Assembly: GCA_035548675.1 (NCBI GenBank) | Contig: DASZSJ010000016.1 | Location: forward strand, 796 to 64,795 | Source: Solirubrobacterales bacterium | Lineage (GTDB): Bacteria > Actinomycetota > Thermoleophilia > Solirubrobacterales > 70-9 | Direction: 5' to 3' | DNA: 64,000 nt | Shown here: in pieces, positions 1 through 11,418 of the stretch | Numbering within the stretch: position 1 is the first letter of the stretch | How the letters are laid out: each line of letters opens with the position of its first letter | The notes under the pieces: model-generated | What the model was told of the DNA's origin: nothing | What the model saw: only the letters and a program-made list of their open reading frames with translations | Database searches by the model: none | Position numbers and translations under genes: made by a program

Positions 1-840
1 CCGGGCTTCCTCTTGCGCAAGCAATACGAGTTCGCCGACAAGCAGGTGCTCTCGAAGATCCGCGGCCTCTTCGGCGGCAAGATTCGCCTCGCGGTCTCCG
101 GCGCCGCCCCGATCAACCCCGAGATCCTGCGCTTCTTCGACGCCGCCGGCGTGCTCGTGCTCGAGGGCTGGGGCATGACCGAGACCTCGACCGCGGCGAC
201 GATCTCCTCGCCCGATGACTTCAAGGTCGGCACGATCGGCAAGCCCTTCCCCGGCTGCGAGGTGAAGATCGCCGAGGACGGCGAGATCCTCGTCAAGGGC
301 CCCAACGTCTTCCAGGGCTACTACAAGAACGAGGAGGCGACGCGGGAGACGATCGTCGACGGCTGGCTGCACACCGGCGACATCGGCGAGTTCGACGCGG
401 ACGGCTTCCTCAAGATCACCGGCCGCAAGAAGGACATCATCATCACCGCCGGCGGCAAGAACATCACCCCGGCCAACCTCGAGAACGAAATCAAGCAGCA
501 CCCGCTGGTCTCCCAGTGCGTGGTGGTCGGCGACCGCAAGCCCTACCTGGTCGCCCTGGTCACGCTCGACCCCGAAGACGCCGTCGCCTACGCCAAGGAG
601 CACGGCCTGCCCGAGGATCCCGAGCAGCTGGCCGCCAACCCCAACGTGCTGAAAGCGATCGAAGACCACGTCGAGAAGATCAACCAGAAGTTCGCCCGGG
701 TCGAGCAGGTCAAGAAGGTGGCGATCCTCCCCCGCGACCTCTCGCAGGAAACCGGCGAGCTGACGCCAACGCTGAAGGTGAAGCGGGCGGTCGTCGCCAG
801 CAAGCACGAGCAGGAGATCGAGAAGCTGTACGCCGCATAG
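1..840 (+). CDS. long-chain acyl-CoA synthetase (AMP-forming), C-terminal part; 5' end lies outside the window
   Basis: The frame of ORF 13..840 stays open to base 1. It has AMP-binding-family C-terminal motifs (TGDIGEFDADGFLKITGRKKDIIITAGGKNI, TPTLKVKR). Confidence 0.85.
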   Translation, partial: PGFLLRKQYEFADKQVLSKIRGLFGGKIRLAVSGAAPINPEILRFFDAAGVLVLEGWGMTETSTAATISSPDDFKVGTIGKPFPGCEVKIAEDGEILVKGPNVFQGYYKNEEATRETIVDGWLHTGDIGEFDADGFLKITGRKKDIIITAGGKNITPANLENEIKQHPLVSQCVVVGDRKPYLVALVTLDPEDAVAYAKEHGLPEDPEQLAANPNVLKAIEDHVEKINQKFARVEQVKKVAILPRDLSQETGELTPTLKVKRAVVASKHEQEIEKLYAA

Positions 841-849
841 CGTTGGCGT

Positions 850-1007
850 GGAGGGGTCGGTTGGTCCTCTGGTCGAATTGATGTCGCACGCGCATGCCTT
901 GCATGCGCTTAGCGACAATCTGAGAGCCCGGCTACGCCGGGCCTAGAAACACGAGTGCGGCGGCCGCCTGACGGCGACATTCCCGCAGAGAGCCACCCGA
1001 CCCCTCC
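850..1007. repeat. family E structured repeat, copy 1 (about 158 nt with 22-nt terminal inverted repeats)
   Basis: Bases 850-871 (ggaggggtcggttggtcctctg) pair with 986-1007 (cagagagccacccgacccctcc). The interior, 875-967, is about 80% identical to the reverse complement of 1349-1436. Confidence 0.7.
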
Positions 1008-1088
1008 CACAAGCGCCAACTCCCGATTCGGAGTCTGCGCGAGCCCGGCGCCGTCCGAGGAAACTCGGGTCGTCCCTGTTGCGCTTCA

Positions 1089-1278
1089 GGTAGTGGGTCG
1101 CCCGCACGGTGCCGCGCGATCTATTTGCCACCGCATACGTGGGTCAATCGATCGCACGGCACCGCGTCCTCGTCCAAGGCGCGGCTCAGGCGCCACAGGG
1201 CTCGCAACCTCGGTCGCCCTTTGCTCCGGAGTTCTGTTGAATCGACCCTCCAGGGTCGATTCGAACTGACCCACTACC
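1089..1278 (+). mobile_element. family A structured repeat, copy 1; MITE-like
   Basis: It has 11-bp perfect terminal inverted repeats: ggtagtgggtc at 1089-1099 and gacccactacc at 1268-1278. A 7-bp direct repeat cgcttca flanks it at 1082-1088 and 1279-1285. The core tttgccaccgcatacgtgggtcaatcga lies at 1124-1151. Confidence 0.6.
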
Positions 1279-1310
1279 CGCTTCAGCTCAGCTCCTGCTT
1301 CCGAGCTGGA

Positions 1311-1461
1311 GGGGAGCGCCGTTGGCCCCTTATGGGAATGTCGCGAAGCGGCCGCTGCACTCGTGTTTCGAGGCGCGCCCGCAGGGCGCGCTCTCAAATT
1401 GTCGCTAAGCGCCGCAGGCGCGTGCGATATCAATTCTCATAAGGGGCCAACGGCGCTCCCC
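1311..1461. repeat. family E structured repeat, copy 2 (inverted relative to copy 1)
   Basis: It has perfect 24-nt terminal inverted repeats: 1311-1334 ggggagcgccgttggccccttatg and 1438-1461 cataaggggccaacggcgctcccc. Confidence 0.75.
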
Positions 1462-1473
1462 TGCGCCTTGGGA

Positions 1474-2727
1474 TCAGGACGCTTCGCCCGTTTGCCGCAG
1501 CAGAACCGACGTCGTCTGCTCGAGCACCCGGCGCCAGGCGGAGAGCTGCTCGGGCTCCTCTTCGGCCGCCCGCTCGACCACCCGGCTGACGCGGTGGCCG
1601 GAGATCTCGAGGCCGTGGCGGTCGGCGATCTCCTTGTAGCGGTCGTAGTCCTTGGCCAGGGTCTGGGTGACGCTTTCGAAGCCGTGGCGGGCGATCTGCA
1701 GGCGCCGCGAGTAGTCCATGATCGGCGTGCCGAACATCAGCTCGTCGTTGGGCTCGGGCTCGAGCAGGATGATGTCGACGCCCTGGTAACGCTCCTGCCA
1801 CTGTTCAACCGCCTGGTGCAGGCGGGCGTGGGCGATCAGGCGGAAGGTCTGGTTGGCGATCGCCGGCAGGCCCATGTCGGAGACGCGGCGCACGCGGGTG
1901 CCGAAGACGGTCGGGATCGTCTTCTGGAAGTCGTTGACGTAGGGGACGAGGGGGTTGACGACGACGATGAACTTGGCGCCCTTTTCGACCGCGATGTCGA
2001 CGTTGGTGGTCGAGCGGATGCCGCCGTCGACCATCTGCCGCCCCTTCAGGTCGACCGGCTTGTAGACGATCGGCAACGCGGTCGAGCACTGGATCGCCTT
2101 CGAGATCGGCACGTCGTCCCAGCCCTCCTCGCCGAAGACGATCCGCTCGCAGGTGTCGAGGTCGGTGGCGGTGAGGTAGAGCTCGTGGTCGAGCATGCGG
2201 AAGTCGTCCACCCTGCCCGCTTCCCCCAGAGCCGCCGCGACGTAGTCGGCAATCCCCGAGCCGGAGTAGAAGCCCGTCGGCAGCGCCTCGGCCAGGCCGA
2301 CGCCGACGTCCATCGCCGAGAACCGACCCATGCCGACGAGGCTGCGGACGAGCTCGGCGGTGCGCAGCGGCAGCATCGCCGCCTTCTCCAGGAAGCCGAG
2401 GTAGTTGGGCTTCAGCACCTTGCCGAGGTCGAGGTCGTCGAGCTCAGAGGGGATGCGGCGATTGATCACCTGCATCATCTCGTCGGGGCTGACGCCGTTG
2501 GCGAGCATGCTGGCGACGAAGGAGCCGGCGCTGGTGCCGACGTAGACGTCGAAATTGTTGACCGTGCTGTTGACCGCGAGCAGGTCGAGGGCGCGCAGGG
2601 CGCCGATCTCATAGACCCCGCCGGTGAAGCCACCGCCGCCGAGGACGAGGGCGGTCTTGGATGGGCGTTTGCGGCCGCGGCGCCGTCGCGGTTGCGACTC
2701 GATGTCCACAACTTTGCCCATAAACAT
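1474..2727 (-). CDS. patatin-like phospholipase
   Basis: 417-aa ORF with the oxyanion motif GGGGFTGG, the nucleophile motif GTSAGS (GxSxG) and a catalytic DGG (MVDGGI). Confidence 0.85.
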   Translation of the reverse strand: MFMGKVVDIESQPRRRRGRKRPSKTALVLGGGGFTGGVYEIGALRALDLLAVNSTVNNFDVYVGTSAGSFVASMLANGVSPDEMMQVINRRIPSELDDLDLGKVLKPNYLGFLEKAAMLPLRTAELVRSLVGMGRFSAMDVGVGLAEALPTGFYSGSGIADYVAAALGEAGRVDDFRMLDHELYLTATDLDTCERIVFGEEGWDDVPISKAIQCSTALPIVYKPVDLKGRQMVDGGIRSTTNVDIAVEKGAKFIVVVNPLVPYVNDFQKTIPTVFGTRVRRVSDMGLPAIANQTFRLIAHARLHQAVEQWQERYQGVDIILLEPEPNDELMFGTPIMDYSRRLQIARHGFESVTQTLAKDYDRYKEIADRHGLEISGHRVSRVVERAAEEEPEQLSAWRRVLEQTTSVLLRQTGEAS

Positions 2728-2742
2728 GCATTATCCCACTTA

Positions 2743-3996
2743 GTGAGGCGTTCCCCGGCACTCCTGGCCGCGATTTGTGCGCTGCTAGCGGCCCTATTGC
2801 TCGCTGCCGCGACCGAAGCGGCTGCCCGCAGCGGCGCTTGCGCAACCATGCGTTCTCGCCTCGTGCGCGGCGGTGGCGGGGCCAGCGGGCTGCTCGTCGT
2901 CGACGCCGGGACCGGCCGGACGGTCTGCGCGCGGGCGCCGGGACGGGCGCGGCCGCTCGCCTCGAACATGAAGCTCTTCACCACCTCGACGGCGCTGGCG
3001 CGGCTCGGCCCGGAGTCGCGCATCCCGACCCTGCTCGAGACCGACGGGGGCATCGACCGCCGGGGCGTCCTTCGCGGCAGCCTCTACCTCGTCGGCGCCG
3101 GCGACCCTGCCCTGGGCACTCCCTCCTTCTACCGGCGCTTCCTCGGCGGGCTCGGCACCAACGTGTTCCTGCTCAAGCGCCAGGTCCGCGAAGCCGGAAT
3201 CAAGGCGGTGACCGGACGTCTCTACGCCGACGATGGCGTCTTCGACCGCCTGCGCGGCGTCGCCGATTCCGGCTACGCGACCAGCCCGGAAATCGGGCCG
3301 CTCTCCGGCCTCTCCTTCAACTCCGGCTACAGCAGCCCCAGCGGCTACAGCTTCGCCGCCGACCCGGCGCTGACCGCGGCCTCCACCCTTGCCGGAGCCC
3401 TGCGCCAAGCCGGCGTGCGCATCGCTCCCAAGGTGGGGCTCGCCAGCGCACCCCCCTTCAGCACCGAGCTGGCCCGGGTCGAATCGCCGCCGCTGACCCA
3501 GATCGTCAATACGACCGACGTCTATTCCGACAACTTCTTCGCCGAGATGCTGCTGAAGCTGCTCGGCGCTCGCTTCGGCGGCGCCGGCACCACCGCCGCC
3601 GGCGCCCGGGTGGTCGAGGCTTTCGCCCGCGGTCACGGCTCGGGGGTCCACGCGGTCGACGGCTCCGGCCTGACCCGCTCCAACCGCGCCTCACCGGCGC
3701 AGGTCGTCGGCCTGCTGCGGGCGATGCGCGATACCGCGGTCGGCGACGAGTTCATCCAGGACCTCGCCCTCACCGGCCAGGAGGGCACGGTCGCCGACCG
3801 CATGCACGGCACCGCCGCCTACGGCCGCTGCCGCACGAAGACGGGCACGATCAGGGCCGTCAGCAACCTCTCCGGCTACTGCTTCAACCGCAGCGGCCGC
3901 GTGATGATCTTCTCGATCCTGATGGCAGGCGTGCGCGACCTCAGCCTCGCCCACCTCGAGCAGGACCTGATCGCTTCCGAAGTCGCGTCTTACTGA
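2743..3996 (+). CDS. dacB: D-alanyl-D-alanine carboxypeptidase/endopeptidase (PBP4, peptidase S13)
   Basis: Motifs SNMK (SxxK), YSDN (SxN) and KTGT (KTG) are present. I chose the GTG at 2743 because it gives a signal-peptide-like N-terminus. The upstream part of ORF 1363..3996 is antisense to the patatin gene. Confidence 0.8.
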   Translation: MRRSPALLAAICALLAALLLAAATEAAARSGACATMRSRLVRGGGGASGLLVVDAGTGRTVCARAPGRARPLASNMKLFTTSTALARLGPESRIPTLLETDGGIDRRGVLRGSLYLVGAGDPALGTPSFYRRFLGGLGTNVFLLKRQVREAGIKAVTGRLYADDGVFDRLRGVADSGYATSPEIGPLSGLSFNSGYSSPSGYSFAADPALTAASTLAGALRQAGVRIAPKVGLASAPPFSTELARVESPPLTQIVNTTDVYSDNFFAEMLLKLLGARFGGAGTTAAGARVVEAFARGHGSGVHAVDGSGLTRSNRASPAQVVGLLRAMRDTAVGDEFIQDLALTGQEGTVADRMHGTAAYGRCRTKTGTIRAVSNLSGYCFNRSGRVMIFSILMAGVRDLSLAHLEQDLIASEVASY

Positions 3997-4196
3997 AGGT
4001 CCTTCCCGCCGCGCCTGCCGCTGCGCTTGTCCATTCGCGCCTGCAGGGTGAAGTACACCGCGAACGTAGCGATGAAAGACGCTGCCCCAACCAGCTGCAG
4101 CGCGCCGTCCCCAGCGTTCCGGAAGATGAACGCGCCGACGAACATGATCACGGCGCCTACGGCGATGCCGATGTTTGCCTGTCGAATATCGTCCAT
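3990..4196 (-). CDS. small hypothetical membrane protein (68 aa)
   Basis: The ORF has two hydrophobic segments (IGIAVGAVIMFVGAFIF and LVGAASFIATFAVYF). I recognise no family. Confidence 0.4.
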   Translation of the reverse strand: MDDIRQANIGIAVGAVIMFVGAFIFRNAGDGALQLVGAASFIATFAVYFTLQARMDKRSGRRGGKDLQ

Positions 4197-4218
4197 CTAG
4201 ATTCTCCTTGCAGACAAC

Positions 4219-4446
4219 TCATCTCGGGACACCGTAGCGGATGAGGACGTCCACGAGGATCGACAGAGCGCCTACGGCCCCGCCGGCGTAGCCGCCGGAG
4301 ACAGCGCGACGCTCGACTGCTCGCGACGGCCAACCTGCCCCGAGGCCGCGGATGGCGGCAGCAACGCTCCCCAGGACCATGCCGGCCCCCACGGCGGTGG
4401 CGGCGGTCTCGAGCAATGAGGTAATCGGCCCAATCTGAGCGATCAT
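4219..4446 (-). CDS. small Gly/Ala-rich hypothetical membrane protein (75 aa)
   Basis: Internal ATG (MIAQIGPIT...) of ORF 4219..4848. The sequence looks like a glycine zipper. The upstream part of that ORF is antisense to surE. Confidence 0.35.
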   Translation of the reverse strand: MIAQIGPITSLLETAATAVGAGMVLGSVAAAIRGLGAGWPSRAVERRAVSGGYAGGAVGALSILVDVLIRYGVPR

Positions 4447-4544
4447 CGACGAGAACCCTGGCAGAGCGCGATTCACGCGTGGCGCGCGGAATGTGCCGCC
4501 TTCGACAACTCTTTCGCGCCGGATCCGCGGACCGGGGCGCCTAG

Positions 4545-7388
<2,844 letters not shown>

Positions 7389-7398
7389 CCCCACGGCC

Positions 7399-8133
7399 GT
7401 GACGACCGTTCGCCTCGACATCGAATACGAAGGCAGCGGCTTCCGCGGCTGGGCGAAGCAGCCCTGGCTGCGCACCGTGCAGGGCGAGCTGGAGGCGGCG
7501 CTGACCACCGTGCTGCGCGAGCCCGTGGAGCTGACGGTCGCCGGCCGCACCGACGCCGGCGTCCACGCCTGGGGACAGGTGGCGAGCTTCGACACCGGGG
7601 CCGAGGTGCCCGGCGACCTGGCGCGTCGGCTCAACGGCGTCGGGCCCGACGACGTCGCCGTCCGCGGGGCGGCGGTCGTCGCCGACGGCTTCAACGCCCG
7701 CCACGACGCCACCTCGCGCAGCTACTGCTACCGCGTCCTCGCCCGCCCGGCGCCCAGCCCCTTCGAGCGCGGCCGCGCCCTCTGGTGGCCGCACCGCCTC
7801 GATCGCGCCGCGCTCGAGGCCTGCGCCGAGGCGCTGGTGGGAACGCATGACTTCACCGCCTTCACCCCCACCCAGACCGACCACGTGCGCTTCGAGCGCG
7901 ACGTCCTCACCGCCGTGTGGACCGAGGAAGGCGACGTCCTCGCCTTCCGCATCACCGCCGACGCATTCATGCGCAACATGGTCCGCATCCTGCTCGGCAC
8001 CCAGCTCGAGGTCGCCGGCGGCCGCCGAACGCTGGAGAGCTTTCGCAAGCTGCTGCGGGGAGCGCCTCGAGCCGATGCGGGCGACACCGCCCCTCCTCAC
8101 GGCCTGTACCTGGAGTCCGTCTCCTACTACTGA
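7399..8133 (+). CDS. truA: tRNA pseudouridine(38-40) synthase
   Basis: Motifs RLDIEYEGSGFRGW and GRTDAGVHA (catalytic Asp motif). Confidence 0.9.
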   Translation: MTTVRLDIEYEGSGFRGWAKQPWLRTVQGELEAALTTVLREPVELTVAGRTDAGVHAWGQVASFDTGAEVPGDLARRLNGVGPDDVAVRGAAVVADGFNARHDATSRSYCYRVLARPAPSPFERGRALWWPHRLDRAALEACAEALVGTHDFTAFTPTQTDHVRFERDVLTAVWTEEGDVLAFRITADAFMRNMVRILLGTQLEVAGGRRTLESFRKLLRGAPRADAGDTAPPHGLYLESVSYY

Positions 8134-8243
8134 GCCGCACTCTGGGCGATCCCGCGGTGTCGATTGTTCGATTGACCCACATATACGGTGGCAAAGTGAA
8201 CACTCGACACCGGGCACCGCGCGGGCGGCCACTTGGAGGCGGG
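8134..8243 (-). repeat. family A structured repeat, copy 2 (minus orientation)
   Basis: The reverse complement of the core, tcgattgacccacatatacggtggcaaa, lies at 8168-8195. Flanks align with copies at 1089, 16402 and 37704. Confidence 0.7.
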
Positions 8244-8255
8244 AAGAGGTCGTGA

Positions 8256-8277
8256 TTCCACGGCTGCCGCCGTGGAA
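8256..8277. terminator. hairpin between convergent truA and rplQ
   Basis: Stem ttccacggc / gccgtggaa (9 bp) with a 4-nt loop. There is no clear U-tract. Confidence 0.4.
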
Positions 8278-8304
8278 ATGGATCGTCTGGACCAGCTCGG
8301 TCGT

Positions 8305-8658
8305 CTAAACCAGCTCTAGATAGACCATCTCGGTCGAGTCCGACTTCCTCGGGCCCAACTTGACGATCCGCGTGTAGCCACCCGGCCGCTCCGTGTAGCG
8401 CGGCGCGACCTCCTCGAACAGCTTGTGCACGATGAACTTGTCGTTGTGCAGGGTGGCCAGCGCCTGGCGCCGGGCGTGCAGGTCGCCCCGCTTGGCCAGC
8501 GTGATCAGCTGCTCGACCTCGGGCTTGACCGCCTTGGCCTTCGCCTGGCTGGTCTTGATCCGCTCGTGCTCGAGCAGCTGCTTGGAGAGGTTGGAGAGCA
8601 GGGCCTCGCGATGCGCCGCGTCGCGGCTCAGCTTGTTTCGCTTCTTGCGGTGGCGCAT
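8305..8658 (-). CDS. rplQ: 50S ribosomal protein L17
   Basis: MRHRKKRNKLSRDAAHREALL... matches typical L17. It sits in the conserved position after rpoA. Confidence 0.95.
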   Translation of the reverse strand: MRHRKKRNKLSRDAAHREALLSNLSKQLLEHERIKTSQAKAKAVKPEVEQLITLAKRGDLHARRQALATLHNDKFIVHKLFEEVAPRYTERPGGYTRIVKLGPRKSDSTEMVYLELV

Positions 8659-8677
8659 CGCTCGCTCGACTCCCCGC

Positions 8678-9664
8678 TCAGTCTCCCTGGAGGTCGAGGC
8701 CGCGCGCGTGCAGGGTCTCGATCACTTCCTCGATCGACTTCTGGCCGAAGTTGGGGATCGCGTTCAGCTCCGAGCGCGTCTTGCGCACCAGGTCGCCGAC
8801 CGTCTGCACCCCGGCCCGCTTGAGGCAGTTGTAGGAGCGCACGCCGAGCTCGAGCTCCTCGATCAGGATCTCGTCGAGGCCGTTGCTTGAAGCGGGGGCG
8901 CCGTCGCCGACGGGGGCGCCGGTGAGCACGTCGGAGGTGTGCGTCGGCATCGGTTCGCGAGCGGTCAGCTCCTCGACGCGATCGGCGTCGGTGAAGATCG
9001 CCAAGCTCTTGATCAGGATCTCGGAAGCCTCGCGCAGCGCCGCGCCCGGCTCGATCGAGCCGTCGGTTTCGAGATCGAGGGTGAGTTTGTCGAAGTCGGT
9101 GCGCTGACCGACGCGAGCGGCGGCCACCGCGTAGGAGGCGCGGCGGATCGGCGAGAAGATCGAGTCGATCGGAATCACGCCGATCGGCTGCTCGTCGGAC
9201 TTGTTCTCCTCCGCCGGCGAGTAGCCGCGACCGCGGCCGATCGTCAGGTAGATCTCGAGCTTGGTTTTCTTCTCGAGCGTGGCGATCGGTGCGTCGGGGT
9301 TGAGGATCTCGACGCCGGAGGGAAGGTCGATGTCCTTGGCCTTGACCTCGCCGGGGCCGGTGGCGACCAGCGGGGCCTCGACCTCATCCGCGTCGGTGTG
9401 CATGCGGACGACGAGCTCCTTGAGGTTGAGGACGATGTCGGTGACGTCCTCCTTGACGCCCGGCACGGTCGAGAACTCGTGCGCGACGCCCTCGATGCGG
9501 ACGCTGGTGACCGCGGCGCCGCCCAGGGAGGAGAGCAAGACGCGACGGAGGCTGTTGCCGAAGGTGTAGCCGAAGCCCTTGTCGAGGGGCTCGATCGTGA
9601 AGGTGCCGCGGCGGTCGTCCACCTTCTCGGAGGTGATACGAGGTACCTGGAAGTCAGTGGTCAT
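8678..9664 (-). CDS. rpoA: DNA-directed RNA polymerase alpha subunit
   Basis: 328 aa with recognisable N-terminal and C-terminal (SYNCLKRAGV) domains, in conserved synteny. Confidence 0.95.
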   Translation of the reverse strand: MTTDFQVPRITSEKVDDRRGTFTIEPLDKGFGYTFGNSLRRVLLSSLGGAAVTSVRIEGVAHEFSTVPGVKEDVTDIVLNLKELVVRMHTDADEVEAPLVATGPGEVKAKDIDLPSGVEILNPDAPIATLEKKTKLEIYLTIGRGRGYSPAEENKSDEQPIGVIPIDSIFSPIRRASYAVAAARVGQRTDFDKLTLDLETDGSIEPGAALREASEILIKSLAIFTDADRVEELTAREPMPTHTSDVLTGAPVGDGAPASSNGLDEILIEELELGVRSYNCLKRAGVQTVGDLVRKTRSELNAIPNFGQKSIEEVIETLHARGLDLQGD

Positions 9665-9704
9665 GAGTTCCTTGCGTATGGGGTGTTACAGAAACGGGAT
9701 CCGG

Positions 9705-10325
9705 TTACTTGGAGTACAGCTCGACGATCAGCTGCTCCTGCACCGGCGCCGAGATCTCAGCGCGCTCGGGATAGCGCAGGACCTTGGCGGTGAGGGAGTC
9801 GTGATCGGCCTGCAGCCAGGCCGGCACGGTGGAGACGAGCTCGGTCGCTTTGCGGATGGTGTCGACGGCGGCCGAGTTCGATTTGATCGAAATCACGTCC
9901 TCGGGACGCACTTGGTAAGAGGGAATGTCGACGCGACGGCCGTTGATCAGCCAATGGCCGTGGCGGATCAGCTGCCGGGCCTGGCGTCGTGAGGCGGCGA
10001 AGCCGAGCCGCACCAGCACGTTGTCGAAGCGCGACTCGAGCAGGCGCAGCAGGTTCTCGCCGGTGACGCCGTCCTGGCGCGAGGCCTTGTCGTAGTAGGC
10101 GCGGAACTGCTTCTCCAGCACCTGGTAATAGCGGCGCGTCTTCTGCTTCTCGCGCAGCTGCAGGCGGTACTCGGACTGGCGCATGCGGCCGCGGCCGTGC
10201 TCGCCCGGCGGGTAGGAGCGGCGCTCGACCCCGCACTTGTCGGTGAAGCAGCGCTCGCCCTTGAGGAAGAGCTTCTGCCCCTCGCGGCGGCACTGCTTGC
10301 ACTGCGGCGCGGTATCGCGGGCCAT
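9705..10325 (-). CDS. rpsD: 30S ribosomal protein S4
   Basis: 206 aa. The S4 N-terminus carries a Cys cluster (CKQCRREG...C..KC). Confidence 0.95.
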   Translation of the reverse strand: MARDTAPQCKQCRREGQKLFLKGERCFTDKCGVERRSYPPGEHGRGRMRQSEYRLQLREKQKTRRYYQVLEKQFRAYYDKASRQDGVTGENLLRLLESRFDNVLVRLGFAASRRQARQLIRHGHWLINGRRVDIPSYQVRPEDVISIKSNSAAVDTIRKATELVSTVPAWLQADHDSLTAKVLRYPERAEISAPVQEQLIVELYSK

Positions 10326-10329
10326 TCGC

Positions 10330-10731
10330 TTAGACCCTCCGCCGCTTCTTCGGGCGGCAGCCGTTGTGGGCCTGGGGGGAGACGTCCTTGACCGTGGTGA
10401 CGTCGAGGCCGGCGGCCTGCAGCGAGCGGATCGCCGTCTCGCGGCCGGAGCCCGCCCCCTTGGCGAAGACCTCGACCTTCTCGAGGCCGTGTTCCATGCC
10501 CTTCTTGGCGGCGGCGTCGGCGGTCACCTGGGCGGCGAACGGAGTCGACTTGCGCGAGCCTTTGAAACCGGCAGAACCCGCCGACTCCCAGGCGATCACG
10601 TTGCCCTCGGTGTCGGTCAGGGTGACGATCGTGTTGTTGAAGGAAGTCTTGATGTGCGCCTGCCCGTAGGTGACGTTCTTCTTGACGCGGCGCCGGGAGC
10701 GCCCTTTGGCGGGTTTTTTCGCTGCGGCCAT
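10330..10731 (-). CDS. rpsK: 30S ribosomal protein S11
   Basis: 133 aa with the typical S11 sequence [18 protein letters not shown]. Confidence 0.95.
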   Translation of the reverse strand: MAAAKKPAKGRSRRRVKKNVTYGQAHIKTSFNNTIVTLTDTEGNVIAWESAGSAGFKGSRKSTPFAAQVTADAAAKKGMEHGLEKVEVFAKGAGSGRETAIRSLQAAGLDVTTVKDVSPQAHNGCRPKKRRRV

Positions 10732-10742
10732 CTAGCTCTCTC

Positions 10743-11126
10743 CTACTTGGGCGACGGGGCCTTCTTCTTGCCGGCGACGCTCATCCGGCGCGGGCCCTTG
10801 CGCCCGCGGGCGTTGGTCTTGGTCCGCTGGCCGCGGACGGGCAGGCCGCGGCGGTGGCGCAGGCCGCGGTAGGAGCCGATCTCCATCAACCGTTTGACGT
10901 CCTGCGAGCGCTCGCGGCGCAGGTCGCCCTCGACCTCGCGCTGCTCGACCGCATCGCGCAGGCGGATCACCTCGTCCTCGGTCAGGTCTTTGACCAGGGT
11001 GTTGGGATCGACCTTGGCCTCCTCGAGGATCTTCTGCGAGGTGGAGCGGCCGATCCCGAAGATGTAGGTGAGGCCGATTTCGACGCGCTTGCCGACCGGG
11101 ACGTTGACTCCTGCGATACGTGCCAT
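10743..11126 (-). CDS. rpsM: 30S ribosomal protein S13
   Basis: N-terminus [10 protein letters not shown]... Confidence 0.95.
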   Translation of the reverse strand: MARIAGVNVPVGKRVEIGLTYIFGIGRSTSQKILEEAKVDPNTLVKDLTEDEVIRLRDAVEQREVEGDLRRERSQDVKRLMEIGSYRGLRHRRGLPVRGQRTKTNARGRKGPRRMSVAGKKKAPSPK

Positions 11127-11129
11127 GCG

Positions 11130-11243
11130 CTAGCCCTGGCGCTGCTTGTGTCGGGGGTTCTGGCAGATCACCAAGACCGCGCCGTTGCGGCGGATGATCT
11201 TGCACTTTTCGCACATCGGCTTTACGGAAGCTCTGACCTTCAT
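11130..11243 (-). CDS. rpmJ: 50S ribosomal protein L36
   Basis: Internal ATG of ORF 11130..11387, giving [37 protein letters not shown] (37 aa). Confidence 0.95.
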   Translation of the reverse strand: MKVRASVKPMCEKCKIIRRNGAVLVICQNPRHKQRQG

Positions 11244-11418
11244 CGCTCCGGTCTTCGTATCGACTACAGGACTCCTGCCAGTCCCAGGAGTTGGACAGGC
11301 AGGCACAAACTTTCGGCCCTGTGGGCCGACCGGGAAAGATAGCAGGGGGCGGAGCTCGGCGGGTGCGGGCCACCGAGGCACCCCCAAGCCCCAGCTCTCG
11401 ACGGGGGTCGCTGAAGCT

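Noticed and set aside
1363-2742. The N-terminal 460 codons of ORF 1363..3996, which would give an 877-aa PBP4.
   Set aside because: This part is antisense to the well-supported patatin gene and runs through the family E repeat. The PBP4 homology and a signal-peptide-like start begin only at about 2743.
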